Assembly: GCF_018350175.1 (NCBI RefSeq)
Contig: NC_058368.1
Location: 195,674,001 to 195,738,000, forward strand
Direction of reading: 5' to 3'
DNA length: 64,000 nucleotides
DNA from: Felis catus
Taxonomy: Eukaryota
Part shown: positions 11,831 through 23,438 of the stretch, piece by piece
Numbering within the stretch: the first letter of the stretch is position 1
Layout: every line of letters starts with the position of its first letter
Position numbers and translations under genes: made by a program
The notes under the pieces: model-generated
The model's input: the letters and a program-made list of their open reading frames with translations, nothing else
The model's database searches: none
What the model was told of the DNA's origin: nothing

Positions 11831-12558
11831 GACCAGATTATGTCACTTGGCTCCACCTTCGTCTTGCCAGAGCCACCTGATCTCAGATTACTGAAAAACT
11901 AGAGGCCACGTTCTGTATGCAGCCAGCGCCCCGGCCGGATGGGAGGCTGATGGGCCACCAGCTTGTGCCCCAGCCCGACCTGAACTGTTCACAGACTGGA
12001 GAGGCTCCACCCAGAAGGCTTGCATCTGGGGCCCCTCCTGTGGAGTGGCCAGGAGAAACTCGCCACCCTGCCACCAAGTGGAGAGAGGCCTCATCTGACT
12101 CTGACCTGCCATGCTTTGCAGAAGCACTGGGGGACGTCAGTCTCAAGAGTGGGGTCCAGCTGAGACCCCTTCCTTTCAAAACGTCCCCAGAAGTGGTTCC
12201 AGCCCCTCTGGGGACCACGTTCAGTTCGTGTGTGTGTTTGATTTTCGCTTCAAGCTCTGTAGCAGCAGGACCTGCCCCATGCCCATCCCTTCCCCTCTGA
12301 GGAGCTGCAGGAAGGGCAGGTTTGCCCCCGGACACAGAAGAGAATGCCGGGGTGTTCCGTTGCAGGGCCCTCCACCTCCACCCACCAGCCTTGCTGGTGC
12401 CATGACAGCCTGGGATGAAGGCCACGCCAGTCACATGCGCTGAGGGGCCCACCGTGAAGCTACCAGAGCCCCGGCCCTGCAGCTGGAGGCTTGTGGTGTC
12501 AGAGGCCCAGAACAGGGTGGCTGGCTGTCCCTGGGCAGCTGTTTGCACGAACCTTGGA

Positions 12559-12606
12559 CATAAATCCAAGTTGAAGATCAGTATTCTGTGACTTGTGTTT
12601 TTTTTT
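12559..12606 (+). terminator. TNIP1: Probable TNIP1 polyadenylation region: variant hexamer CATAAA plus downstream GU/U-rich element
   Basis: I saw no AATAAA in the 3' UTR; CATAAA at 12559-12564 is followed about 25 nt later by TGTGACTTGTGTTTTTTTTT. Confidence 0.6.
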
Positions 12607-13144
12607 ACATCCGGGCTAATGTTCTCCTCCCAGTCAGTGAGAGTGCTGCTTTCCCGGCCTCTTCCCTCTGTGCCCCATGGCCCCTAGTCCCGAGAGCACT
12701 GCCCCGACTCTCGGCAGATATCCCCCGGGCCCTGCTCTGCGCCTCCTCGAGGGTGGGCAGCCAGGGGCAGTGGACAGAATCTGGGCTGAGAGGTGACCTG
12801 GGTTTGTATTCCAGTCCTGCCCCTCACCTACCAGAAGACCCTGGGCGAGGCTGGCCCTTCTGTGAGCCTCAGTTTCCTCGCCTGTCAAATGGAACACTTC
12901 ATCTCAGCTCCAGCTGCCTGGAGAAATGTGGGAGGGAACGAGAGCGGATATGAACTGGATTTATAAACTCCAAATGCCGAGTTAGAGAAGCAGAGTGGGC
13001 TGGGCCTAGGTAGAAACCAAACAGCAGGCGCCCAAAGCACTCCCTCCAATTCTTTTTCCGTCCTTCTGCTCCCTCCCACCCTCCCCAGCTAGGGTGGCCC
13101 CATGGAGGAAGCACCACAGTAGGCTCAGCTGCTGCAGAAAGGCC

Positions 13145-13150
13145 TTTACT
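13145..13150 (-). terminator. GPX3: Probable GPX3 polyadenylation signal, variant AGTAAA
   Basis: TTTACT on + about 130 nt 3' of the SECIS; I saw no AATAAA in the minus-strand UTR. Confidence 0.6.
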
Positions 13151-13269
13151 GGGAACACAGGGGTGAGTCTAATACCAAGAGCCAGGGTGAGGGGAGAGGG
13201 CACATCCTGCAGAAAAGCAGGGGTGGCATCCCTGCCCAGGGGCCTCAGCCTGAATGCACTAAGGGCTGG

Positions 13270-13340
13270 CCCTTCAGACAGGCTCAGGGGAGGTCCGCCC
13301 ACAAGGGCTTCGGGCCCCTCCTTCATGGAGACGCCATCCC
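13270..13340 (-). promoter_or_regulatory. GPX3: SECIS element (type II) in the GPX3 3' UTR
   Basis: mRNA reads CUCC-AUGAA-GGAGGGGCCCG-AA-GCCC-UUGU-GGGC-GGACCUCCCC-UGAG: AUGA/GA quartet, GC-rich helix II, unpaired AA and apical mini-stem. Confidence 0.92.
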
Positions 13341-13973
13341 TGACACGGGACGTGGCCCTTGCTCTCACGTCTGCCTCGGCTGCTCTCAGGGAGCACCGTG
13401 GGGTGGGGGAGGGGGCTTGGGAGGGCCCCTCAGGAAGGAGCGAGGCTGCATGATGGAGAGGGGGAAGATTGGGCAGTGTGGTAGACCCAGAAACTTCTGG
13501 GCACTTCAGTGGTGAGATTTGGAGGCAGTGGGAGATGCCGGCCCCGAGGTTGAGGTCCGGGTCAGAGCAGAACAGTTGGATCTGGATCTGGTTTTAACTT
13601 GGGCTCCACTGAAAGTGAATGGCTCTCACTGGAACAGAGAACTGGAGAGAAAGGGGAGTTCTCCAGCACTCTCCATAACACACTGCTGTGGGCACACAAA
13701 CGGTTCACGTCCCCCATATTTGCGCAGGTAGACAGCGGTGGCTGTACCCATGCACACGCACGGTCACACACACCTGGAGGCACGTGTGCAGACACCCACA
13801 TGCGCGGCAGTACAGACGACAATCGTACGCGCACGTTTGGGTCAGGTCGGGGCCTTGTATATTAGTAAGGGGTCTGTGGCGGGAGTGTGTTGTGGTTAGA
13901 GAAATGGGTTCCTTCCTGAACAGAGTCCCTCCCCAGCCCCTGCATGGTGGACACAGGGTGGTGCAGGCCTGAT

Positions 13974-14195
13974 TTACTTCCCGTTGACTGTCAGGGCCGC
14001 CTGCCGCCTCATGTAGGCCAGGATGTCCATCTTGACGGTGCTGACCGTGGTCCGGTGGTACCAGCGCATGAGGGGCACGCCATCTGGCCCCACCAGGAAC
14101 TTCTCAAAGTTCCAGCGGATGTCATGGACTTTCATGGGTTCCCAGAAGAGGCGGTTAGGTGAGCCCAGGAGCTCCGAGGTGGGTGGGCAGGAGTT
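13974..14195 (-). CDS. GPX3: GPX3 exon 5, [73 protein letters not shown]
   Basis: WNFEKF motif (catalytic W181/N182); CAG acceptor; TAA stop; 222 bp. Confidence 0.97.
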   Translation of the reverse strand, partial: NSCPPTSELLGSPNRLFWEPMKVHDIRWNFEKFLVGPDGVPLMRWYHRTTVSTVKMDILAYMRRQAALTVNGK

Positions 14196-14609
14196 CTGCA
14201 GCAGGGATGAGACTGGTGTCAACCCTGCGTGGGGCCCTCCCCACCTCCCGCCCTGGGCCTTCCTGGCAGGTAGGGGAACAGCCTGGCACTGCGAAAAGAA
14301 TACCAGTTTGGGAGATGAAAGTGGGGTCCTGGGACCAGCAGTGGCTTTAGCAGGTTGTGAGACTCTTAGCCAATCACTTGTGGGGCCCTGCTTGGGCCTT
14401 AGCTACAAAATGGGCTGTTGAGAGCCTAGTGTCTGCAGAGTCTTATGGTTGCAATGATAGATGCCAAGAAACTCCCCCAGAACCCAGAAGCAGGGGAGGG
14501 TGGCCCAGGCCTTGTCTCTGCATGGGCGGGAACAGGAGTGGCTGCAGCCCTGTTCAGAGCCGGTGTCAGCCGGGCCAAGAGACGCCCGCAGAGGTGACTG
14601 TATACTCAC

Positions 14610-14709
14610 CTTCAGGAACGTGTAGAACTTCTGCTCTTTCTCCCCGTTCACATCCCCTTTCTCAAAGAGTTGGAAATTGGGGACGAAGCCCCCACCTGGT
14701 CGGACATGC
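14610..14709 (-). CDS. GPX3: GPX3 exon 4, (K)[33 protein letters not shown]
   Basis: TAG acceptor, GTGAGT donor; 100 bp; GPx VRPGGGF and KGDVNG motifs. Confidence 0.96.
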
Positions 14710-15163
14710 CTACAAACAATATTCTTATGTGGGTCCCAAGGAGATGGGCACAGGCCCAGAAATGACAAGGAAGGGACTGAACAGGGAGGGGGTGTTGGGA
14801 ATCTGGATTTTATTCCACACCAGGCAGCTGGAGCTGATATTGAATGGGCATAGGCATAGTGTGGGTCTGCAAGCTTCTTTTTCCAGTTTGGTGCCTTCTC
14901 AGTAACCCTGCCCCTGCCTACACTCTTCCCCCACCCACCCCTGCCATCCCATCGTGCACTCACATGCAGTCATCCCTGTCCCTGACCCCTCTTTCGTTCA
15001 TTTCAGTGAATGGGGTTCCTGGAAGGGGAGCATCGTTCTTGGTGGCTAAGTATCTGTCACGAGTAGGGGCCAATGCAAGAGATGCCCGGTGCTTAGGCGG
15101 AGGCACAGGGCGGGGCTGTGCTTTCTCAGAGGAGCTTTCTCGGGACACGAAGCAAGCACTCAC

Positions 15164-15281
15164 TTGAGGCTGGGTAGGATTTCCGAGTTTTCTCCTGGTT
15201 CCTGTTTTCCAAATTGGTTGCAGGGGAAGCCCAGAATGACCAGACCAAATGGTGCAAGCTCTTCCTGTAGTGCATTCAGTT
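15164..15281 (-). CDS. GPX3: GPX3 exon 3, (E)[38 protein letters not shown](K)
   Basis: [13 protein letters not shown]x signature (catalytic Q107); CAG acceptor and GTGAG donor; 118 bp. Confidence 0.97.
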
Positions 15282-16391
15282 CTGGGCCAGGGAAAAAGAG
15301 GGCAGAGGTGAAGGTACTCTATCAAAGAGCCCCGCGTCATCCGTACCACTCCTCCTGCTCTCCCATTGGATAGCTGAAATCATTGAGGCCTGACAGGGGA
15401 AGGGCCTTGCCCAAGATCGCCCAGGGAGTGTGGCACCACTGGGATGCGAGTCCCATCCTCCTGACTCCAGTCTGGTTGGGTTGGAGGTCTGGGGAGAAGC
15501 GAGAGCAATACTCTTCCTCAAATCAGTAGTCAGTCACCTGCCCACTGCCACTGGGCCAGTAAGCCGAGGGCTCCTGCCAGACTGTCGGGATTGAGTTGCC
15601 TAGACCAAGAGCCATACATCCCTGGGCAGAAGACAGGACTTCCTGGGGAGGGGGTGGGAGATGGGCGGGGCCATCACCACCCTCCCATACTTCCCCAGCT
15701 TGAGAATCAAAGGGCGGCCCTGGCCCAGCACCCTAGTCCCCTCGGTGCACCTGGTGCACCTGGCCTCTCGTGCAGTTGCCAGCACCCAGCCCATCTCTTG
15801 CACAAACACTCTGCTCTCTTCCAAGAGCTACACAGAAGCATTCTAGCCAGAGCACCCAGTGCCCACTGGGCCATCCAGCCTGCGCCATTCCACGTCCAGG
15901 AACTTGCCTGAGACTGGCAGGCAGACATTCAGGGTCAGGTTGCCCTTGCTTCCCCCAGCCCCATCAGCAGACTGTGCTCAGCTCAGAGCATTTTCCTGTG
16001 GGTAACGTCAGATGCCTTTGGCCTGCCTGTTCCCCCAGGTTGTTGACTCTTAGCCCCAGCTGAGAAGAAAGGAGGGAGGATACGAGGATCATGAAATCTC
16101 GGTGAAACACCTCATACAGCCACTGACACACAACTGGGGGCCTCAGCCCAACTGTCTGCTTTCCAGATAGGGGCCAAGAGAGGCACCAGGGCAGATGGGA
16201 AATTCAGGATAAAGCTACCATTTCTTACTCCAGTGAAAGGACACTCCAGGTACAAAACAAATCTCTTCCATCTCGCTGCTTTCGGGGCAGTTGAGGTACC
16301 CAGGGAGGAAGGATAACTGGGAATGTTCTAGAACACGTCTGAAGGTGATCAGACCTTGGGCTTACATAATCTTCACAAAAACACGGAACAC

Positions 16392-16612
16392 AGGGGCGCC
16401 TCGGTGGCTCCGTCGGTTAAGTGTCTGACTGCAGCTCAGGTCATGATCTCACGGTTCGTGAGTTTGAGCCCCGCATCAGACTCTGTGCTGACAGCTCAGA
16501 GCTTGCGGCCTGCTTCGGGTTCTGTGTTTCCCTTTCTCTCTGCCCCTCCCCCACTCGTGCTCTGTCTCTCTCTGGCTCTCAAAAGTAAATAAAAACATTA
16601 AAAAAAAAAAAA
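16392..16612 (+). mobile_element. Can-SINE in GPX3 intron 2, antisense to GPX3
   Basis: GGGGCGCC head, CT-rich region, A-tail; TSD AAAAACA(C/T)GGAACACA. Confidence 0.9.
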
Positions 16613-16758
16613 CATGGAACACAGTAGAACTGGGATACAGAGTTTGGCATTTCGTGATCAGTCATCCCTCTCCCCTTGCATCAAAAACGCTCCTGTGATT
16701 GAAATGTGCCCAACTGGCAGAAACAGCCCCAGAGCAGGGAGGGAAAGTGGGCTCTTAC

Positions 16759-16912
16759 CAACGTACTGGCCTGTTAGGCCTCAGTAGCTGGCCACGTTGA
16801 CAAACAGGATGTATTTGCCAGCATACTGCTTAAAAGGGATGTACTCCTCCCCATCGATGGTCAGGGCTCCGTACTCATAGATAGTGCCGCTCCCACCAGC
16901 GTGGCAGTCCGT
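16759..16912 (-). CDS. GPX3: GPX3 exon 2, [51 protein letters not shown], with the selenocysteine TGA
   Basis: NVASYUG motif; TGA at 16783-16781 is codon 73; CAG acceptor and GTAAG donor; 154 bp. Confidence 0.97.
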
Positions 16913-19900
16913 CTGAAACACAGGAAGACCGGCACCAGGGAGCAGTTAGAGCTGGAAGGGAACCTGGCATCTCCATTTTCAAGACAATAAAAGATACCAG
17001 TAAGGGGGAGTGACTTTCCCAAGACCACTCCAGAGTGGACCAGAACCGAGCTCTAATCCCTTATGCAAAGGGATGATTACGAAAGCGCTTAATCGTCTGG
17101 TGAGCGTATGGAAACCCGGAGAATGATTTACGGTGACCATTACTTCCACTTCACATGCCAATTTGTGAACATTTGCCAGGCTTGGAGGGAGACCATGCTG
17201 GTGCTGGAGGTTGCATTTCTGGGTGCTGATGGAGACTCCTGGCATGGCCAGTGCAACCAGCCAGGCAAGTGATGATGTGGGCCTGAATGACAGCATTGTG
17301 GAAGAGGGACTGGACAGAAAGGAGGAAGTGGCAGTGTAGAAAGGGGTGATTCGGAGGTTCCAAATCCGGAGGGCTGGAAAGCCGAGGCTGTTGCTATAAA
17401 ACAGGGAAGCAGGAGGAACCAGGAAGGGGAAAGGCCTGCTGAGAGGATTTGGCACCACGGCAAGGGGAAAGCCTGGCACGTATGAGACGTTCCCTGCGAG
17501 TGTGCAGCTGAGACGACTGTTATGCCTCCCTCTTTGCTGCCCTACCCCCAGTCAACCTCCAGAACAAGTAGCCAACAATGGACTCTGAGGTGGGGGATGT
17601 GGGGTCCTCGTCCAGCTCTGCCACCAACACTTTGTGTGGTCTGGTGCTAGCCCTTTCTCTGGGCTGGGTCTCAGTTTCCTCTTTCATAAGATGAGAACCT
17701 CGAACTGGACCAGCTTTGCTCAACCCTGCTGACTTGTCAGCGTCACTATCAGGAGAGGAGGAGTGGGATCCCTGCCAACCAGCACGACATTGCATCAGAC
17801 CCTTCTCTGTGTCCGCCCTGGCTCTGGTACAGACTACGAAAATCTGGGTCTGCTCTCGAAAGGGTGACTCGGCATCAATAACACAATCAGCAGAGGCGCT
17901 GGTCGTGATGGGAAAGGAAAATGTTGCCACCACTGTAGCAGGAAATCTCTGGCCCTAATGTCATAGGAGAGGGGTCGCAAGACAATAAAACAAATCAAAT
18001 GCAAACCACCATTATAGACCAGGAGAGACAGAGACAGGTGGTTGGAGTTACAGAAGCAAATCCACACCCTCTCCTCCCCATCAACCAAGAAGACTTCCTG
18101 TAGGCGAGGTACCTGGGCCCAGTTGGGCAAAGGGAGTCATCTGGCTTAGCAGGGTGTGGCCCCAGGACAGTACAGAAAAGCCACCCTCTGTCTGGAAGAT
18201 GCCGCAGGCCTGCTGAGCCAGATGAGGCAGGGCTCCCTCCAACAAGCCAATCCCTGAGAGCTGCAAACTCTCTTCTTGGCTTCGATGCAAATTCCCTGCT
18301 TTCCATGAGGCTGATATTCCATGCCCTGTGATTTCTGGTGGGTGCTGGAGGCAGGCCTGAGAACTAAGCTCAACATTCCTCTAGCCCTTGGGCCTCCTTG
18401 GCCCCAGTTGGGTCGGTTCCACCACAAAATACAGACAAACAGGACACAACAAACATAGCCCAGCTGACCACAGAGGTCTAGCAGCCAGAAGGAAAGGCCT
18501 CCCTACACGTCTCTCCAGCCTCTCCAGCTCTTCCAAAACTCCACCCTAATCCAAAAACAAATTCTGGGAAATGGAGAGAACAAAAGCCAAGAGGTTGTCT
18601 AAATAATGGAAGCTTGTAAACAACGGGAGGATCAGCTTCTGGGCACAGCTTCGGGCTGGGGGTGGGGCAAGGGGAACCTCTTCTCACTAGGTTTTAGACA
18701 CGGCTGGCTCTGGGGCCCCGGGACAAGTAAGCCAATTTTACTCTCCAAGCCTCAGTCAGCTGACAGGGGAGGATATTACCACCCACCTCCCAAAATGGCT
18801 GTAAGAATCTATAGGCAGATCAAAGAAGTCTGGAAGACCTCTTGGAGAGAAATCTCCACGTGGAGGGATGGATACTGGTTATTCTGCCTGAGGCTAGGGT
18901 AAAGGGCCCTGATGTCCCTACGTTATTGTGAAGAGGCCTTTGATGTTCCCCAGCCAGTGTAAAGAAGATGATGCACTGTGCAAGGTGTCTCCAGGAGAAG
19001 TGATGATGACAAAGCCTCCGAGCTTTCTAGTGGGGACAGTGAGGCCGGGGTTGTGGATTCAGACTGATGGGGGTCAGAGGGTGGCCTATGGTGGCAGAAC
19101 CCATGGCCTGTACTCACCACTGAGCACTGCTACCCAGTCCTTACGCGAGCTGTGAGCCTCCTTCCTTCCTCTGGGCCCAGGAATGCCAGAGCCCTGCACC
19201 TTAAACAGGGAGGCCAAAGGAGATGGTGGGGAGAGGCAGCTCAAGTGCCTCAGGCCTGCCACGGTTGGATGAGACTGGAGAGTGCTGGTGACTTGGGAGC
19301 TGGAGGGGGTCTCAGCCAGGACCCCGGCTGGCTTGGGCTGCTGGTCTTGGATCTTTCTCCTCTTCCATCTACCACTCCCATCGATGTGATGGTATGAAAG
19401 GAGACCCGGCCTGGGGGCAGGAGACCTGAGTTCTGGGCCTGGCCAGGATTCCTGTAACCACTCCTTTCCCTTCTGTGGGGCTCTGGATCCTCGCCTGTCA
19501 GATAGGCTCAGATTCAGTGCTGTCTTAAGGGCTCTTCAGTTCTGTCAGCCTGTGGTTCCATGATTCTCTCTGCCTGCTTTAGTCACCTAGAAACCAGCGG
19601 TTACTAGGATCCTATGCACGTCAGCAGCTGTTACCCTTCTTCAGCTTCTGCAAAGTCCTTCTGCACAGCAAGTACAGAGAGCCTGGGTGGCTTTAAGCTG
19701 GACTGGAGGGGGGACACAGCAAAGAAAGGAGGATTCCTTTTGTTATCCAAGCTCCTCCCTTTGAACTGGGAGGAGGCAGCCAACCCTTTGAGACTGTCAC
19801 CTACTGTCTATCCCATTCCTCACAGGCCCCCCATCCTATCCCTTGGCCCTGGAGTTGGGGGATAAGGTAGATGGTTGAGTCTTAGAATCCAGCGCTATGA

Positions 19901-20554
19901 CATTTCGACTCTCTAAGGGCCTGGGTGGAGAGATGCACATATCCAGCCTGTTAGCCAACAGGTCCTAGCTGGTTTGTATCTGATAGGATCATACCTCACC
20001 CTAAGACTTCTCTAGACCATACCCATCCTGTTCTCTCTGAATCCATCAATTCCTCCCCAGACAACACATGGCTATGATGAGTTATTCACGGGGTCCACAT
20101 TCTTACCCCCGGCCTTCTTGAGTCAGGGCCCAATCTTCTCTTCTCTGGCTCTCCCCAAACAGGGTAAAGGACTGACTCCATGGCGCTGGGCTGCCTACCC
20201 CTACCTCTACCCCACACCACCATCTTGAAACTCAGTCCCATCTCTGCCCTAGAAAATGAGTTGGGGATAATGAACAGGGCTGGATACAAAGGAGGAGGCA
20301 TGGAAGAGGTGGCTTCATGGCCATCCAATTTCTATGCTTACTCCAAAGAGAAACAGACTGAATAGGATTTAGCTGAGGACAGGACACGGGGATAGAAACA
20401 TACAGAAGGAACCCTGTGCTTGGAAAGGGCTAACTGAATAGTGAATAGAACTTTGGAAATAGAATTATGAACTCCTCAGATATTAAAATAAAAACCCAGA
20501 AGATTTTAGAAACACAGAAGCTCAAAGCTTCTCTTGAGCTTACACAAGCATGTG

Positions 20555-20556
<2 letters not shown>

Positions 20557-20594
<38 letters not shown>
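20557..20594. repeat. (GT)n microsatellite in GPX3 intron 1
   Basis: Uninterrupted GT dinucleotide run. Confidence 0.95.
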
Positions 20595-20596
<2 letters not shown>

Positions 20597-21339
20597 TGTG
20601 TGTTGGGAGGGTGGAGACAAATCTCTCTGTTTGGGTCTATCCCTTTCCCTGGTTTCAGCTTCCCACCCTGGAAGAGATCTACTGGGCCCACCTTGGCATA
20701 CGCTGTCCAAAGACATAAGGACGCTGGGTCACCCCACTCCTGGCCTCAGCATCCCCACCCTACCTAAGGCTTTGCTCAGGCCACTATGGGCAGTGGGCGT
20801 GGGTAGTGAGGCTGCCCCAGAACTCTGCCCAGACCTTCAGGGTAGATTTTGCAGCTTCTCCAAGCATCCTCTCTGAAACCATCAGCTTCATTGTGCCCCT
20901 GACCACCCCCACACCCGTCCCCACCGATGGAGAAACTGAGGCCCAGAAAGGATTGAAGATCTAGCCAGAGTGCTGAGTGGTGTCGCAGATCTCTACACCT
21001 TCTACCGACGCCCTGGAATCCAAGTGGGCATTTCTACCTGCCTTAATTCTTGAGCTAGAAGAGCCCCCACCACAGTTCTTTGAGACGGGAACTACCCAGC
21101 TCCTTCCCTTTCTCCTAGCCTGTCAGTCACCCCGGGAACCTCCGCAGCCAACCCAGACCCCGGGTCTCTGCGCCCCCGCCCCCTTCAGGCCCGACTGGAG
21201 GGGAGTAGCTGAAGACAGTCGTGTCATGCATGTAGCAAGGCGACTCTGAGGCAGCTGTGGGGCAGAAGGGGTCAACTCGGCGAGAATGCCCCTCCTCCCT
21301 ATACATTCTGCCCACCGGGGGCACCCAGATCACCCATAG

Positions 21340-21850
21340 ATGGAGCTGTGAAGACCCGCGCTCCGGGGGGGGGGGGGGGTCCCGGTGGCGGAGAGGGAGG
21401 AACCGGAGTTAAGGGTCCTCGCACCAGGTGTTGCCCTTCTGGAGGGGAGCCTGGGAAGAGGGGTGCCTCGCCACCGAGAAATGGACACCTGGGGGCTCTG
21501 CTCGTCCCGCCAGGTCCCCACCCCGGAGGCTCACTCACCTTGGACTTCTCCTGCCCCCGGCTCGGCGGGACGAAGCCAGCCAGGAGCAGGGAGAGAAGAC
21601 AGGACGCCCGCAACAGGCGGGCCATGGCGGGCTGGGGGCGCGTCTCGGGCTCCCCTGAGACGCGGTCTGATCCCGGGCCACCGCCGTCTGAGGTGTCCGA
21701 CGCTCCCAGCCACCTTTCAAGCCCTCAGCGATGACCAATCCGCGGCCGGGCCGGAGTCCCTGTAGCCAATCGCAGGGCGACTGGCACTTCGGGGGCGGGC
21801 ACTCCTTCTCCTCCCCAGGCTCCGGGCGACAGTGACATAAGCAAGTCTGG
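21340..21850 (-). promoter_or_regulatory. GPX3: GPX3 CpG island and proximal promoter with two CCAAT boxes and a GC box
   Basis: CpG-dense; CCAAT at 21735-21739 and 21766-21770; GGGGGCGGG at 21791-21799, upstream of the ATG. Confidence 0.8.
21539..21625 (-). CDS. GPX3: GPX3 exon 1 coding part, [29 protein letters not shown] (signal peptide)
   Basis: Strong Kozak GCCATGG; hydrophobic signal peptide; GTGAGT donor; the five exons sum to 681 nt = 226 aa + stop. Confidence 0.96.
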
Positions 21851-23308
21851 GCAGAGATGGGAGCTGGTCCTGGTGAACCCATGGGGCGGCCCCCTCTTCT
21901 TTCGGCTCTAAAGTGCAGGAGGAAGCAGGCACAATATCCTCCAGCACAGCCAGGGGAAAGGGCTTTAAACAGCACCGAGGAACTAATGCAAGGCTCAATC
22001 CTAGGAAGCATTTCTTAGCCCTAGGTTTTAAAACACTCGTGGTGTGCCCTCTCTCCTCTTTCCTCCATTCCAGTTGAAGGGATGTTGAGGATTAAAAATG
22101 TCTGCAAGATCTGATGTGAGCCTTCAGGAACATTTGCTCCGTGCAGGTTCAGTGCTTAAGAAGCAAACAGTGGGTGCCCACGGATTTTGCATGAGGTACA
22201 CTGGGGTACCTCAACTGATGTGGGAGCAGAAAAGTACGTTTGCTCACTGTGTAGTCTTGAATGTGTTGCTTTCCCCCTCTGGGTCTCGGTTTACCCAACT
22301 GTGTAATGATGGGACTAGTTGTTGACCTCCTGAAGACCTTCGGGTTCTAAAATAAGTGACAGACCTAGACCAGAAGTTCCTGGAGAGCAGAGACCAAAAC
22401 CACCACCTGGAACGGGGCCCAGAACACAGGTGCTTAATATTTGTTGCATTAATCAATCAACTAATTCATTTCTCTGCTTGGGGAGAACTGCAGATGAAGT
22501 CAGGCAGCTCTAGGTCTGGGCTGTCTTCTATGATCCTGCTCGTAGATAGGGGAATGCGTTGGGATCAGTGCATTCCCAAATCTGCCCAACTACCAGAGTC
22601 ACCTGGGAAGTTTATAACACATTCCCAGGCCCCACTGGAATCACTGTATTAGAATCTCCAGGGGCAGAGGCCAAGAATCTGCCTTCAGACATGTTCCAAA
22701 CATGATTCTGAGGCAGATGATTCTCTGTCTTCTAGTGGAGAAGTGCCTTGAGATAGCATGCCTTTACTATAATGGAAGATACTGTCTGCATGGGAATCTG
22801 GAAGTTCTGTCTCAAGTCCCATATTCTCTGTAAAGCCTTTCTTACTTCAGATCACAGCCTGTTGAAGGAAAGGGAAACTTGAAGGCCAGAAAGTCTTTCA
22901 ATGAGTTAAAGCGCAGGGGCATTTGAACAATGACTGACACAGAGTCATTAAATGTTAGTGCTCAATAAATGTTATTCAGCCGCCTCCTTTCACTGAAGCC
23001 TAGAGATGGAGAACAAGTTGTCCAAGTTCCCATAGTAAATCGGTGGCAGAGAGGGAACCAGAATCAAGATCTCTACACTCCAGTCTCAGGCACTCTCCAC
23101 TTTGTTCTGTTGCCTTTTGAAGGTCATATTTACCCAAAGATACAAAAATGTCTGGACACCTAGCAGTTTGTCAGAAACCCATTGTTCATTATCATTAGTA
23201 GGCATCTAATGACCCTGAAAATATGTGCCTAGCATCATGTTAACACCACGAGAGATGTCAGAGAGTTTTCTGGAAGTTACAGTCTCAGCCCTCCAGGTGT
23301 GTCCAACA

Positions 23309-23438
23309 CAGCCAGGACGAGGATGAGGCAAGTGGGCACCTAGGGTCTTGCAAACGCACAGCTGGCACCTGAGAGTGAGTGTCTCCTTAAATTTTGTACT
23401 CCGTGTGCCTGACTTGCCTCATCCTAGTCCCAGACCTG
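23309..23438. mobile_element. Small hAT-type MITE (MER96-like) with terminal inverted repeats
   Basis: Perfect 14-bp inverted repeat AGGATGAGGCAAGT (23320-23333) / ACTTGCCTCATCCT (23412-23425); family name from recall. Confidence 0.65.

Noticed and set aside
11883..12569. 228-aa minus-strand ORF
   Set aside because: Antisense to the GC-rich TNIP1 3' UTR; no recognisable domain or splice support
16781..16783. In-frame TGA suggesting GPX3 is a pseudogene
   Set aside because: It is the Sec codon of the GPx active site; a SECIS is present and all exons are intact
21830..21845. GTGACATAAGC as an NRF2 antioxidant response element
   Set aside because: Spacing is TGAC-n4-GC, not the TGAC-n3-GC of the ARE consensus
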